Shown here piece after piece: positions 26,701-41,539 of a stretch of 64,000 nt of DNA. The position numbers and the translations under genes are program-made. The notes beneath the pieces are model-generated. The model did no database searches, was not told the origin of the DNA, and saw nothing but the letters and a program-made list of their open reading frames with translations. Source of the DNA: Acanthaster planci (lineage: Eukaryota); contig NW_019091358.1 in assembly GCF_001949145.1 (NCBI RefSeq), forward strand, positions 2,304,240 to 2,368,239, given 5' to 3'. Positions within the stretch are counted from its first letter, which is position 1. Each line of letters begins with the position of its first letter.

Positions 26701-29700
26701 TATCCATTCTCATTACAGCTACAAGCGCTCACCGAAGCCTGTCGGTCACGGCAAGAATGTTCGAATGTCTTGTGAAACTGCACAATGATTGATCTAGTCG
26801 TTCTCGTCCACCGTACAATCTGAGCTAGCGTAAAGATCATTTTAATGCAAGCTAATCGACAAAACTAACAAAAGTACGATTGATTCCGCTGAAGGTTAAA
26901 AAAATGGATCCTAGTTCAAGGCATTTTTGGCGTCGTTTAGTGATGGTAAAAACACAGCACTTACGATTACACCTGCTGTTCTACTGCTTGGATACTTGCA
27001 CGTAGGGTATAGTATTGCCAAATACTGTGTTTGCTTTGCTGCACATATTGGAGACGAGAAGATGGCACAGGCTTTTTCCAGTGTGGGTTATTACAAATTG
27101 GGATGGTAATAAAATGCTTAAATTTATGTGATAAAATTGTAATTATCTGGAGTGCATAATGCTGAAGGAAATTTATGTATCTTGACACCTGTACTCATTG
27201 TGGCAAAAACACTGTTACACCAACTGAAAAGAAGAATAAAGATCATTAGGCTACGGTGAGGCTGGTCGTTCATCCATTTGTTTGATGAATTATTAAAACC
27301 TAAATTTCAAAACAAAATAAATGATAATACATACGGAAGGGAATTACCAATGAAACGGAACGTTTCATATCAAAGCTGTTTGACGCTTTATAGAAGACTT
27401 TATCGACCTCATTACAGGATCTTGCTCACATGTGAAATGAGTTTAGGCAGATTGCTGCAGGTTAGTCACCCCTCACCGGCTGAGCCTGCAGTTAGTTCGC
27501 TCCGGAGATGAAGTTGGCACCATATACTACTATTGCCTTAAGTATCACTAGAGTGTGGACTTAGCGCCTCGGGAGATCAGGCACGGGGGATCCTTCCTTG
27601 ACGCCTAAGTGCGGTAGACGTGCCACTTATTAATCAGGCTGCCTGTGTCTGCATAGGAGATCACCAGCCTCAGAAAAGTCACACTTTTGACTCTGTGCTT
27701 CGCTGGGAAAAGGGTCACTGAAATTGCCGTCGTCAGTAGCGTCCATGTAGCCGTCACTTTGATGTTAACTTCTGAAGCACAGCGCCATTTAATGAAGCTA
27801 TAATGCTGCCCCGTTATCGACCTATCATAATTCTTCCGTGAGTTGGTTGCTCTAGGATCAACTTACAACATCCGAAAAGGACTGCGGTAAAAGAGCATAT
27901 TCAACACAAGTTTAACTGAGGGCAAAGAGTGCATTTGTCAAAGTTAGGCCTTGAGCTGTCAGCCTTAAGGGCTGTTGATGAGGGTGTTAAACAAAGTCAG
28001 ACAATGAGCAATCTAGGTGGTTTCTTAAACGCCAACACAACACTCGACAAAAAGAGTGGTTGGTCAAACGATGGTGAATCCAATCACCATTCTGAAAAGA
28101 GGTCCATATGGTGATTCTTGAGATGAAACTGCACGTTAACAAGACTTTGCATTCAATGGACGAAGCATATATTTTGGTCTCAAACCGTATACGTTATGTG
28201 CCGTTTACATAAATCTGTGAGATGTGTAAAGTTACCATCTTTTAACTACGATATCATAATATTTCAAAACAAATTTTAACTATCAAATGATCCAAACCAA
28301 AGGACCAATGTAAAGGGAAAAGAATAAGCCAGGACGGTATTTAATCTTTTAACAGAAGATGAACTATGTTGTCTGATGGGTCCACTTCCATCAAGGCCTA
28401 GCAAATGTGTTCACTTGTAAGGCTCTTTGCAGCACACGTTATGTCAGTTTATACCCATCAACATGGAAGTCATATCCGTCGCTGCCAGAAGCCCGCCTAG
28501 CTGGCAATTTCATGGTCGGTTAACGTCATTACGCCGTCTACACTGTGGCGACGGCTAGGATTAATGAGAGGACGTTCTGAGTTTTAAAACAATTTCAGAA
28601 AATGAAGCTACTGCCGCACACTGTGTTTACCGTGTCAGATCATGCGCGCTTTCTTTTCGAGTGTCATTTGGTGTTTATTTCATCGCTGGTTTGCCCGTAT
28701 GATGCTCCACAGTAACGACAAAAACATCACCCGTTCAGCTCGCAATTTCGATGCGTCAATAATGCTAATACTCAAAGTCCACTGACTTCCCACAGGAGAT
28801 GAAAGTGCAGATTCATACAAGGGTTGCAAAGGGCGGCCGGGACTTTGAAAATTTTAGCCTTTAGGTAAACACTAAATACAATTTCAGTAACGTCACGAGG
28901 AGATCAAGCCTGAGCTGTACGCGTTTCTGTATTCTGGTATGCATTCATCGACATCCTTGCCTTGCTGCGGAGCTCATTACTGGGTAATGCACTCTCGTGC
29001 CACTCAACTTTTCTACGTTTTGACAGTGATAAGCTTAATAAACCTCCCTACAAGTGAGGACTTGAGGATTTCCCTGGGTGAATCTAGATTTATGGACCTG
29101 TCGGTCGGTCTTGATCTCTTCAACAAATGCCATCCTGACAGATTTGGCCATGGGACAGGGAAACCTGTTTAGAGGAATCTAAAGTGACTTCAGTCATTAT
29201 GGACAAAAATGGTTTTAATGAATCTAACAAAGCATGAATCACGTTTTTTACATGTAAAGGTAGGTTACGCCATCGGTAAAATTACAAAAATGGGACTGCC
29301 GAATAATCCTTGAATATCTTACCTGGAAAAAAGGAAAAAACAGCCTCGGTCAATCTGTAAAATATTTCAGTCAGAATACTGTCGTTTTTGAGAAAGTAGA
29401 TGTTGCATGAGTAATCACAAGAGTAAGGTTTCAAGTAAAAACAAAATTGAATCAGTTTGAAGTTAGGTTTTATCTATGAAAGTGATTTTGTTAATGCCAA
29501 AATTTCGCTATCACCATTGAAGCACAATGGTATGGTCCAAACTGTCTGAGCATGGCTAAGATGATTGCCATTTCCGAGTTGCAGAACGATAGGATTTTTG
29601 TCAACAAAACTGTTTTCCAAATGTTAAACCTCCTGTGTTTCCAGACACAATTTCCTCTTTGCCCATGATTACTAGTATAGTCAACTCAGAACCTGAAAAC

Positions 29701-32700
29701 TCATCAACTTGAAATCTGACGCGAAAGTGTGCTCATAAAGCATAATCGCGCACGCACATGCATGTACTCTTCGCGTCGCGGACATGAGTTGCAAATCAAC
29801 TGCAGTAACTTACTGCTCGACGACCTTTTTTTTGGGGGGGGGTGCTTTTGCTGTTTGGTTGTTGCAAGTAGTCCTTATCCTATGTCCCACCTCACCAGTA
29901 AATTGGGGTAAGTGAGGTGGCCAATGGAGTAAGTTGATCGCACACACACAAAATACGTAAAACACTCGATGATTTTTATTGAAATTGTTATTGTAATCAC
30001 AGAAACCTTTATTTCTCCTTTTCAAACTTTCATGCTCTTACGTGTACGTCTGACAAATAATGATAAAAGAATAAAACAAAAAAAGCACTCGTGAGTTTGT
30101 AAAATATGAGTTTTTACTATTAAAATGCGTCAAAATTGACCAGCAAAAAGTATGGCTACGATTGGAGGTGATTGTCGAGACCAAACAATGGCTCTCCATC
30201 CAAATGATTGACGCCTTTTTATTCACCGCTGTGGTTTGTTGAAAATATTTTCTGCAGAAAGTATTTCTATCAAGCAATAGATAAATGCAACAGAAAAACT
30301 GCGTGGTGTGCCCCTTAACAAATATCCCACTATCCCCAAATTTACATTAGAATATTGCAAAAGATGAATAAGCCAAATTCGCTTAATGTTTTCAACTAAA
30401 CGTGATCAAAGTTAATTCTTCACTGATTGGGGGCTGTATTGACCACTACGGGTACCAGATCAAATCACAATCAGATCACACCTCACAATGCCACTTTGTG
30501 TCAGCATTACTGTACAACAGGCGCGCCACACACCTTTCCGAGTTGACCACCTCACACGTTTCCGATTTGACCGGTCTACAGGTCCACCGATCATCGTCAG
30601 TACAGACCAGAGAGGTATGTGTTGTAAATGGGACTGATCAAGTACGTTTGATTTCATTGGATGTCGCCGATGTAGCCGGCAGAATTAGTGAGCACACGCC
30701 CATTTCGTCGCACGTGATGTTTACATTAGCTAATCAAAATCAAGAATGCCAAGTGATTCAAAATGGCAACCTCCATGATACATGCATGGTTATAATTTGA
30801 CTGACTTTCATGCGACTGGATAGCACGTGGCAATTGTTGAGATCACCTACATATCGTTAACAGAACCAGGCATGTTTGCAGGTAACGTGGAATTCTACCG
30901 CAACGGTAGTAAACCGTGATGCGATGGTCCGGTAAATGGGTCACATCGCAGCGGTGTGCAACTGGCTTAAACTGGCCCATTTTTGTACAACAGCTGGCAA
31001 AACGGCTCTGCCATTAACGGGACGTAGTTAAGGTAGATGTACATATCTCTAGCGCTACGAACGATCACTAGCCTGCACTGGTGTGTACGTGGTAGCATTA
31101 ACACTGAGGACATGTAATCCCGAAAATTCAAACAGCGTTTGGCTGGACACCATCTGTGGAGCTATTCAAAATTTGTGCATAAATTATTTTCTTGTGTTAT
31201 GCTCACTGACGCAATTTTAACTGTAAATGTACATTTAAAGTGTGACATACGAGTCTAAATGCAAATTCGGTTTCAGTGTATGCAAAATGCACAAAATAAT
31301 TATTAGGGGTTTTACCAGTTTCGTTTCCAATGAGTAGGCCTATAAGCGATACCAAAAATTTAAATCTGAGTTTATTTTCTGCTCATTTCGACCAGGTAGC
31401 ATGTCGTCGATGGCTAATCTAAAGGCTTTAGTTTTAGTGAAAAAAGAAGTCAGGATGGCACACCAGCATTTTTATTCTTTTGAAGTTTATAAAATTAATG
31501 TAAGCCTTAGAGCAGTCTGCCAACCTCGGATGACAACGCTGCAGGCCCAACTAATGAGACTGACGTGTTTGGTACCCTTAAGGAGACAATGCTCTGCTGT
31601 GTTCACTTGGTCTGCACTTTTGGACTATATTACAACTACTGCGTCTCTAATACGATATACAAATCCCCAAACGAGTTACATGATGAACTTCTGATTAACC
31701 TTAATGAGATCTTTTGTTTATTTACCCCGTCTGTGAGAACTGGCAACGCCTGCAGTGACGTGAATGGATGTCTTGAACGTTAATAAGTTGAGGGGCTCCC
31801 AAAATAACCAACGAATCTAAAATTGCTAAACAACTGTTTTAAAGCGTTCTTTCAATGCTTTTTCCTTATTTTCTGGATTTAATGCGCAAAACTTTAAATC
31901 ATACACACACTCAAAACGTACAAACGTCTTGTGGCTGTTGTACAATCTCAAACTTATGTGAATCTGGCTTCTTATGCATCCGGGTTGACAACAGCGTTGT
32001 GGTCACGGTTATGAGTATTAATGTCATAAACATACCTACAAGGTGAATGATAAGTTTAGGTCAGGGAGATGTTAACGTTACATTGGATATTTTACACAAG
32101 TTGTGAAGTAATGTACAGATGAGTACTATCAATAAGAAGCTAAACGTTTATTTTATACCAAGCCTTCAGAAAACACTGAGTATGTACAGTGCTTTATAAT
32201 AAACTCAACGACAGTATGAATAACCCACCGACAGAAGTTCAATCGTGTACCTTTAAATATTGTCACAAAATAGTTGACGGTCATTTCAAATCCAAACGTG
32301 CACGGCAAGGATTCCAAGGTGGAATGAATCCATATCTGGACGCAAGTATCATAACTTCCCATACGTTAAGAGTCACTTTAAACTACACATCCGTCCATTC
32401 ATGTTCCATTCCTCGCGAATGGAAGAACATAAAGTTACACAAAAAGTGTCTCCACGAAAAATGCATATGGACTATAACTATACACTTACTTCAATACGAG
32501 TACCAACCTGACATTTCCCCTGGCAATGATGCCTTAGGGCCCCCGAAATTACCCTACAATCAAATAAGTAGGAACTTGGCAGAAGAGTTTATTTCATGAA
32601 TAAATATAGTTGAACTAATTTGCCATCCGCTGATTTCCACTGCGAGTGTTTTGAACACGGCAATATATTGATGCTGAGGGTAATCATGTATACCATGCTG

Positions 32701-34051
32701 TGCACACCGTACATGTAGAAGTGAGCACACGTCCACGGAATGACACAGGTGGCACCCCCCCGGTAAATGTTGGCATTTTTGTGATCGGACTTTAGATTTT
32801 TTACTGCCCCCATCCTTTTGTGTGCAAGCGTGACATACAAAGTACGCATGCGCGTAAATCCGGTTTTTAGGCTTGACTAATGAATCATCCCGCCCCTTTT
32901 TGTGGTGTGCAGAAAAAGCATTGTGAAGAATTGTTCAGACTTCCAACGACTAAAATGCATTCAACATTACTCAAAGAAAGGGAAAACAGTTTTTAAAAAA
33001 CATAAATATGACACTCTGAATGCACAATACAGATATACATCGATATTGTGAACATTCACTTCATAATGTTACATGGTTTCATCGCCGGGCAAATCATCCC
33101 CCGCCTCACCCCCCCCCAAGTTTCTGGTATAGATTTTCACTGCTGAAGTGTGGACTTCAGCCCAAATAAGCTCATATAATGTGGGATTAGAAGACCCAGG
33201 GTGGACTTGCACTAGTCCAAATAATGTCCCCCCCCCCAAAAAAAAGGCTATAAAAAAGTCCCAGGTATTTTCGGGACAGACTATTTTAATGGCAAAATGA
33301 AGAACAGTTCGGGAAATTATCACCAAGAAACCAGCTCGTAGAGGAAAAGGAGCATTTTGCCCGAATTCTCTGGTTAAGGGTACGTGAGTGTGTGTAGGGG
33401 GAGGATTGTTTTACAGATGAAGGAGCAAACTGAACATCCCCCCCCCGTTGTCCTTGGTTGTCAGTCTAATGTTCAATGCTTTGTCGAAAGTGTCTGTGCT
33501 TTGTCTGTGGAGAATGTTTCTACAATAGGAAACACAATGCTTTGTCCCCTGTGGTATAATAAGGCACTGCTTGGTATGCATTTACAATATATTCTGTGCC
33601 CACGCAAGTTAGTTCAAACTACAAATTATAACCTTACTGAAAAAGCACTGACCTTGTGCAATCAAACACCATTTAGCAGTTTTTTCAAGAATTAATTCAA
33701 ATGCCATGGTGGGTGACATGTTTGGACCTTTCCAAAAATCAAACCTAAGTGGACTATTTTACCGATGATTTTACCGGAAAACGGTGTAAAACGGCATTTT
33801 ATTTAAAAGGGTACATTTGATCAACATTAACTGTGGAATAATCTAAATCGAGGCATTACATATCACATGGAAGCCTGTAGTTCGCTCAATGTATGTGGTA
33901 ATGCGCATCTATTACGATGCAAATGGTGTTTACGGATAATAAGTGGCTGGTCCTTCTGTCTTCTTGACATGCCACATGCCGTATACATTGTGGCGCATGT
34001 ACACAAACTTTAATTGAATCAAGAAACTTTTGAAATGGTGCAACGGGGGTA

Positions 34052-34220
34052 AGTATTTAAAAGGCGTTAGCGCGAGAAACAGCGCGTGAACCAACACGCG
34101 CGGGAATTCCATTCGTTTGCACTGCACTTTCTGGTTCACAGTGATGTCACACTTCAGTACTCTATCCGCCGTGAGCTGAAGTGCAGCCTAACCGGCAAAA
34201 GAAAGATACATGAGACTAAG
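34052..34220 (+). mobile_element. Second copy of the dispersed repeat family found at 22.5-23.3 kb
   Basis: 34052-34165 aligns with 23141-23252 (AAAAGG..TAGC.CGAGAA.CAGCGCGTGA.CCAACA...CGTTTGCACT...GTCAC.CTTC.GTACTCTAT). The reverse complement of 34145-34220 aligns with 22535-22606 (TCTTTCTTTTGCC...TGCACTTCAGC...AGAGTAC.GAAGTG). Confidence 0.7.
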
Positions 34221-37200
34221 GCTGCATCCGAATCTCTTGTCTAGAGCTAGGTCTAGGTCTCCCTCCAATGGAAATGCGTGGAGACGCGCAGACAATATAC
34301 CTATCCGTAGCTCTGGAAGCCCGTTTTGGACCCGGCCTAAGTTTTCCAAATGGGTTCTTGTACACGTTTTGCGAGCACGCTAAGACCTAACATTCCAGAC
34401 TAATTTGTTGCGCGTACCCAGCGTGCTCCGCGTCAAACGCGCATTAACTCGCGCGCCCAAACGGTGAGTACAAAACACATGCGTTTATATGTCTATGGTA
34501 AAACAATACAGCAAATTTCATTTCAAAACACGTGCTCTATTGTTCCTGCTCGGAGCAGATAAAGAGGTGAGTGTTGTTGCTAGCCACAGCCAGACTTTGA
34601 ACACACAATATATCGCATACGGAAATTCAGGTGCCGACCATGTTTAAAGAGGTTAAACATGAAGACGGGCGAAGAAGATATGCAAATTTCAAACTGAACA
34701 CTGATGTGTTGCTCAAACCAACAGGTGATTCATCTAACCGATGTGAACTAAATTCGAAGCGCGTTCGAACTCAACAACTCTAATGGACATGTCTGCTACC
34801 ATTGCTGCGAAGAAAAACGTGTCATGAAACCTTATCAGGTGCTGCATTTTCAACGCATTGAGGATTGAGGTAAGAGCGAAAACCGTTGTCTCAATATGTG
34901 AGCTTAAGGCTACTCGAGTGACTGTGGCCGTCACCAAACAAACGCCCCCACTAAGTGAACTTCTCGTCTGTGCATAGCCAGTTAGATGTAATTCATTATT
35001 TACCCACCGATTGGGCACGTTACCAACTTGCACTATTGTTAAGTCACATGTTAAGGTCATGACATTCAGACTGGTATGGCGGGACTGGCAATGAGAAGGG
35101 TGGAATATTTCAAGTAATATCGCAATGACTGCTGCTGCTACTTTCGCTGCGGTAGTTTTCTTTTCTCCGCGTGATTGGGTAAATCAGACACTTGTGAAAT
35201 TATTCCTAGATTAATAATGATTGGAATCAGTTAAGATTAGCCATTCAAAGCTAGATTTTCCATTCACATCTTAAATCAAATCTGTCTGCCTAATCTTCAG
35301 TGACAAGTATTCCTGTAAACATGGAACATTTACGCCAAATGAGGGATGTCAATGAAAGAAAGTACAGTATAAAATTCTTTTCATTCCTCTGAATCAATTT
35401 AGCGGCTACAATCTGTCTTATGTTATAAGAAGTCCTAAAGATTGATAGTTACACCAGAGAAAAAACTTTACTTATGTCAGTCGAAACTCTAGTTGCCAGT
35501 CAGTCAGGATACCATGAGTTTCATAACTCGGACAAGATCAGGATAAATTCTAAATGGGAGTTTTCATTTTGCATATCGCAACTCCCTTGACGTTCTTTAC
35601 GCAAAGCCTGGACTTTACTTGACTACACGTGTTTATTACTATGGCAAAAATACAAAAAGTATTCCTTTTAAGTTAACCGATGGGGGCCGTGTGCTATGAT
35701 GCTTACCTTTTATTCACCCGGTCAATGAACCTTGGGTAAAGACATGGATGCTCCAGCAGGGGTTTCGTGATGAAACACGTGGCAAATGCAACCTCTGAGG
35801 CGTCGAAGTGCTGTCCTTTTCTTCGTTTACCTTTCGCTCCGTGTTTGTCGTCGCGTCATTTGCGAAGAAAAGACTGAGCGTTGAAAGCGTCGCGCAATTT
35901 CAAAAGTAATTCAATGTCGGTTCAGTGTACGCCTCCGAAGAATAACAAGACTTTCACTGTCAAAATCCCGTTATTTCTCTTTGTTTCTTTCCTTTGTTAC
36001 TTTGCTGTCGCCTTTTTGTAAAAATACAATGCTTTAAAGGCATTATCAATCAATTTGTTTTAATACAAACCTTCAAATGCACCTTTGTGTCTCAGATAGG
36101 ACTAACCTTATTTTCAACTTTTGTTTAAATACTTCAAAGGGTATTTTGCTGCTTTTTGTTTTGTGCTAATGAGCAAAACTGTGACGTCATCCAAGGCAAA
36201 ACTCCTAAAAGTCATGCATTTTGGTAGGTTTTTCTTGACTAACTTTTTCTTCTTTGATGACTCATTTTTGTTTATGTGCATAGGAATAATTGAGCACCAA
36301 TGATTTTCTCAGGAATGTTTTTAGTAAGTAAATTCTGGGATTACAATTTTAACGGAAAACGTACGCAGTAAACTATGTCTTCCCTGGATGGCATCATAGC
36401 AACAGTGCTTTTGGTTGTCCCAGTCAGAATGGATAATTTTAAGTGTTTAAAAAACGCATTTTTCAGTGTATTGGACCAAACAGGAGTGCAAAAGAGTGTT
36501 TATACATTGCAGAAGAGTACAAAGTTCAAGAAACATTCTGTCTAAGAAAAATTGATTGCGGCTATTTTAATATCTTGTTGTGGGACTACACAATTAAGCC
36601 ACTAAATTTTCATTTGCATTACAACCTTAAATATGACATGAGAATTTTGTTTCACCTGAAGAAACTGAACAATGCAAAGTACAAAAAATAAATAGAAAAC
36701 CTTGAAAAGTGAATCTGACATCAAGGATGAAATATCAGGTTTCAGACATAACAGCTACGCTTAAAAAATTGTCCTTAATTTTACTCTTGTGAAGAATACA
36801 GACAGCCTACATATAAAGAAAGAGAACCCATATAGTAACATTACTAGTGATAGAAAGATTATAGCATACGAGTATGGCAAGGTTAATGGATTTGGTGTCT
36901 TCCTCTTTATCAAACCCAAAACTCCTACCGTTGAGATGACCGCCACGCCTTGATTGATTCTGGGCAAAACTCTTTCTTCGTGGGAAGATCTAGGAAAAGG
37001 TAGGCCGTCGTAGTTGCTCACCTTACAGGCGAGGAGTCCAAAAATACGACCTCTTCTCTGTTCCAATAATGGTAGTCATTCCCATCGTAAAGCTGTGGCC
37101 ATGTTCGGTTAACCATCAACTCAATGAGTAGTAAGTGCTGCTGATAGCGTCCGAGACGGTGATCCTGTCTGGCTCTTGAGCGCACAATGTTACCTCCTCT

Positions 37201-37857
37201 GCGATAAACGTTCCGAAGCATTTGCCCTCTGGAATTCATGCCGACCAGCGGAATACTCCCTCTAACGGTGACATTCTTACCAACTGATCGAACAAACAAC
37301 TTGTTTGGACCGACCTTATAAATGCTCGTTTCAAAAGGAAATTATAATCATGTTCTCACACCTGATTGCTGGGCTTCACTGGGGCCTTGGCACCACGTCT
37401 GCGTTCACAAGACACATTAATTAAACACAATAGGAGCCTTTCCTTTTGCCAGATGATGGCTAATGGCCTGCTCCATTTCCAAGGACAGCCTTATTTCTGT
37501 GCATATAAGAAACTGCGGCTGTTTTACCAGCACCTACCTTATTTGCGACGATTGAAGCCATTCATAAATCATCAGCATCTTGTGTAGACAAAAGAGTAAC
37601 ATAATGCTTCCACATAGGCAACCACCTAGCGGGTGATTGGGGCATGACCTTGGTATTCCCAGGGGTTTAGATATACTCTGCAATATTTCACAAATAGTTT
37701 AACTGCTGTGCTAAAATACACCAAAGATATATTTGGATTCGTGTTCCTTAGCCTAAATAAAAAGAGACGGTTGAATTGTCTAATATAGTATAACATTATC
37801 ATTGTTTAAAAATTATGAAAAAAAGGCGTGGTCAATATTTACGAATTATGAAAAAGA

Positions 37858-37887
37858 GACTGACTGACTGACTGACTGACTGACTGA
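37858..37887 (+). repeat. (GACT)n tetranucleotide microsatellite
   Basis: gactgactgactgactgactgactgactga. Confidence 0.9.
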
Positions 37888-40800
37888 GTAATTCTTTTTA
37901 ACATTTATAAGAAGAACTATTTCAGTATGTTTTATCACTTCTTAAATGATTAGAAGCCTATATTACTCTAAACATCAGTCTACAGCCTTAATTTAATGGT
38001 TTAAAAATCATATCTATCTGGAGTGTTATTTTTAGCCTGCAGGATATATGTTTACGTCTTCTTTCCTTACGATCCACTTTATTACATTCACAATTTCCAA
38101 TCAGCCAACGATCGATAAACCTAGCATTACCGGTAACATAAAAGCACTTCCTATGCCGTGGCAGGCAGCTTCAAATATTGGAGATGTTACAGGACGGTGA
38201 TTTATTGCCAGTGTAGTTTCACAATCTGTGGGCCTTAGGTTGGCATTTATCATCAATCATTTCCAAAACATAATCAAGACGTCCTACTTTGACGACCAGA
38301 CGTATCAGCAGCTAATAAAGCGTGCATGGTAACCTGTGGGTCGTAGATGTTTATGCAGAAGCCAAGCTGGAATGCCAAGGGGACTCATATTGGCGGGAAA
38401 TCTTTATAGAATATTTTGTTTTGTTATCGTGTCCAGTACGCCGCTCTTTTGGCATCTCGGTAAACTGACAATCAAATCCATTGGACAAGCCCAGACACAG
38501 CGTGAGCTCATTAGACCGTTTGTCGAAAGGAATGTCACTGTGACAGACGTGCAAGTGTACGTGAGGTCGTATATATTAGTGAGAAATTAGGGAAAACCAA
38601 CCCTTTTCCACGTCAACTGGAAATAGGCATCAAGGGCGATGGCAAATGTTTTATATCTGAGGGTATTCTAAAGTTAAAACCGTACGTTTTTACTACACTA
38701 ACATACAAGAATCGTGGCTGTAAATCCCAGTAAGGACTAAAACAGTCTCAGCAATAGTTTGACACCACAAAGTAATGGTATTGTCACCTTCTACACAATG
38801 CATGCGTGCTTGGTTGTAACTGCTTTCAATAAACTGAAATGATAAATGCGTTTATTGACCTATAATAAGCATACATGGCATCACCAGGCCGCTGCTCAAC
38901 CACTTGTTAAATTAATGTTTCATGTGAAAAAACTGTACAAGTCATGTAGGCCTACTCTTATTTGAAATGAATGTTAAAATGTAAAATCTTTTTACTGAAA
39001 AAGTGGCGCTCAGTGCGTTTCCATTGGGGGTTGTGGTTGACGGGGTTATGCAATGGGCCTGCACTGGAGAAACATACGTGGCATATGCCACGTTTGAGAA
39101 GTTTTAAACTTCTCCTCGGAGCCGGTCAAATCAAATTATTTGCGTGCTAACCAGATTGTGGAAACCTACTCTTACTTCAATCTCCCGTTTTGCCTGAATC
39201 ACCTGGAGAGAGGCGATGCGGGATTAGGGTGCGTATCTGCGGTGACAATCGCGTAAGCAGTGAGGCGAAACCCAAACGTAAGCATAAGGCCACTGCTCCG
39301 ATACCTACAACTACACCTATGAAGAAATATTCATACCCAATACCCGTGTGGACGAGGGACAACAAAATCTGTTATTGAAGGTGGCAACTGAAATGAAAAG
39401 TACAAGAAAGATCTGGAACTACTAAAAGAAAGTAACAAACTAGTTTAAATACCAATTGGGAAATAAAAATTTAAAGTTCATGATAATTCACTATAATTGA
39501 AAATAGATCATAAATAGAAATGAACAGGTCGGAGGTAGAAATAAATGAAACAGCCCTTATCTGCAATGATACTAGTGCACGCAGCGGTTTTCAGGATACA
39601 GGGAGTGAAAAATACTGTTTTGCGTTTATTTCCCGTTTGTTTTCCCGCAAAAATTTTGCACACAATTGAGATTTATAATATGTTACCTTGTTTTGACTTT
39701 GTTCCTCGACTTAAGGTGTTTATGAATAGGGAAAACATGTGCTTAGCTAGTCTTAAACGTTCGTACAAGACCAGCTGGGAGAACGTCCAAAGAATGGACA
39801 CAAGTAATGTCCCTGGTCTCCGGGTAAGGCATTTCAGCGTCCACTCTCCTATGATCTACATAAATTGTATCTATACGAAGAGGCTTATCTTTGGGCCTTC
39901 ACGTCTTATTCCAACATACAGTATATTGAAATTCTTCATTTCCTCTGTGGGGTAGTTGCCAAGTAATATGTTTGTATACTAAACATAAGGAAAAATCTCA
40001 ACTGAAATAAACAGAACATAGGCCTAGAATAAGTTTGGAAATTTTGTCAATATTCGAGGACCGTGGCATTCGTGGACGTGAGGAATGACGGACCCTGTAG
40101 CGATCAAAGTGACCTTAGAGATGTGATTTTTTTCTATTCAATATACAGATACTATTTCTTTAAGTCAATGTGTTTCATGCTTGTCTATTTGGCAAGAATC
40201 GTCAACATCTCCACTCGTCTAAATCGTTTCCAGACGTTTTCAGAGAATTAGAAAGAGGAAAAAATCTAAACGAGGTGAGAGAGATCGTTCGGAAACTTCA
40301 TTACAAAGCCACAAGCGAAGCGACTCGGGATGCCAGTTGCACTCTTGGGAGCCCTTGCTGGAAAGTACGACCAAGCCTGCCCTTGGTTAATTACATCACC
40401 GCTTAAAAATTATCAACCACTTACGTCCTCTCCTTGGGGCTTATGTGCTGGGGCTGGATAAAGTTACACGGAAGGAAGCCCCTTGGTAACTCTCGTTGTA
40501 AATGTCCTGATCAGCTCGATTTTATGGTCTGATCAACCAAGTTATTGGTTGAAAACCTTTGCCGTATCTGGCAATGATCACTTGAACAGTGAGTCGTGGC
40601 AGATAAACTTACAAGTCCTCATTTGTTTGGGACAGTTCACTGTCATAACTTAAACTACAGGACCACTGAAAAGTATACTGAAATTTCCGTCCGACCTAAG
40701 GGTTTTGTCGCTCTATCTCTGCGGTAATACTAGATAATTGCATTTTCAAGCTTTCATAACACGACTGTGTCGTGGACCATAATTGCTAGGGTTTACTTAG

Positions 40801-41318
40801 GGCTAAAATCAATAAATTTATCAAATTTCGACGGTTCTGTCGATCCTTTTATGCTCTACTTGAGCTATTTGTGACGCGAGTGATAATGCAAAAGTAGTTG
40901 AAACAAGTTGTGGGAAGTGGAAACTGTACAGTACGTGCATTTTTTATGTTTCATTCATTCAAAGATTTAACACGGCATATGTAACAACAGATTAAGGCAG
41001 ATAAGTTGATAACATGCAACTGCTTTGCCAGTGAATGGGAAATGAAACTGGGTATCTTTCATGTGTTCTAAGGATGCTTAGGAAATGGTATTCAAGATGC
41101 CACTTTAATACATAACACGATTAGAAATATGGTTTAGCTTTCAAAACACGTACATCGGGGAACACAAGCATTTCGGAAACACAGAGGAAGGCTGATCCGG
41201 TGAGGATCCTGTGTGGTCAGCGAACGTATAAATTCAACACTAAATAACGGGTTCTCATCTGGAATGTCTTATACAGCCTTTGGAAGAGACCAAATGAGCC
41301 TTGCAAAGACAAAAGCAA

Positions 41319-41539
41319 TCGGGGCGGATTCAGGGGGCGTGGAGGCTTCGAGGAGGGAGAAGAAAAGAGGGGTGTCATATTGCCTGAAATTGTACAACAA
41401 AACGCCTAGAATACAGAATGGCTCCCAAACCCACACCGTACGGTCATTTTACCATTACTGCTTTGATCACGCCCCACCCACTTTGATAAAATCCAGGATC
41501 ACCCCTTCCCCTTTCAGGGAAATCTTGGATCCGCCCCTG
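41319..41539. mobile_element. hAT-type MITE (CAGGGGCGGATCCAG family)
   Basis: Inverted ends GGGGCGGATTCAGG (41321) and CTTGGATCCGCCCCTG (ends 41539), G-rich left half and C-rich right half. No clear 8-bp TSD. Confidence 0.6.
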
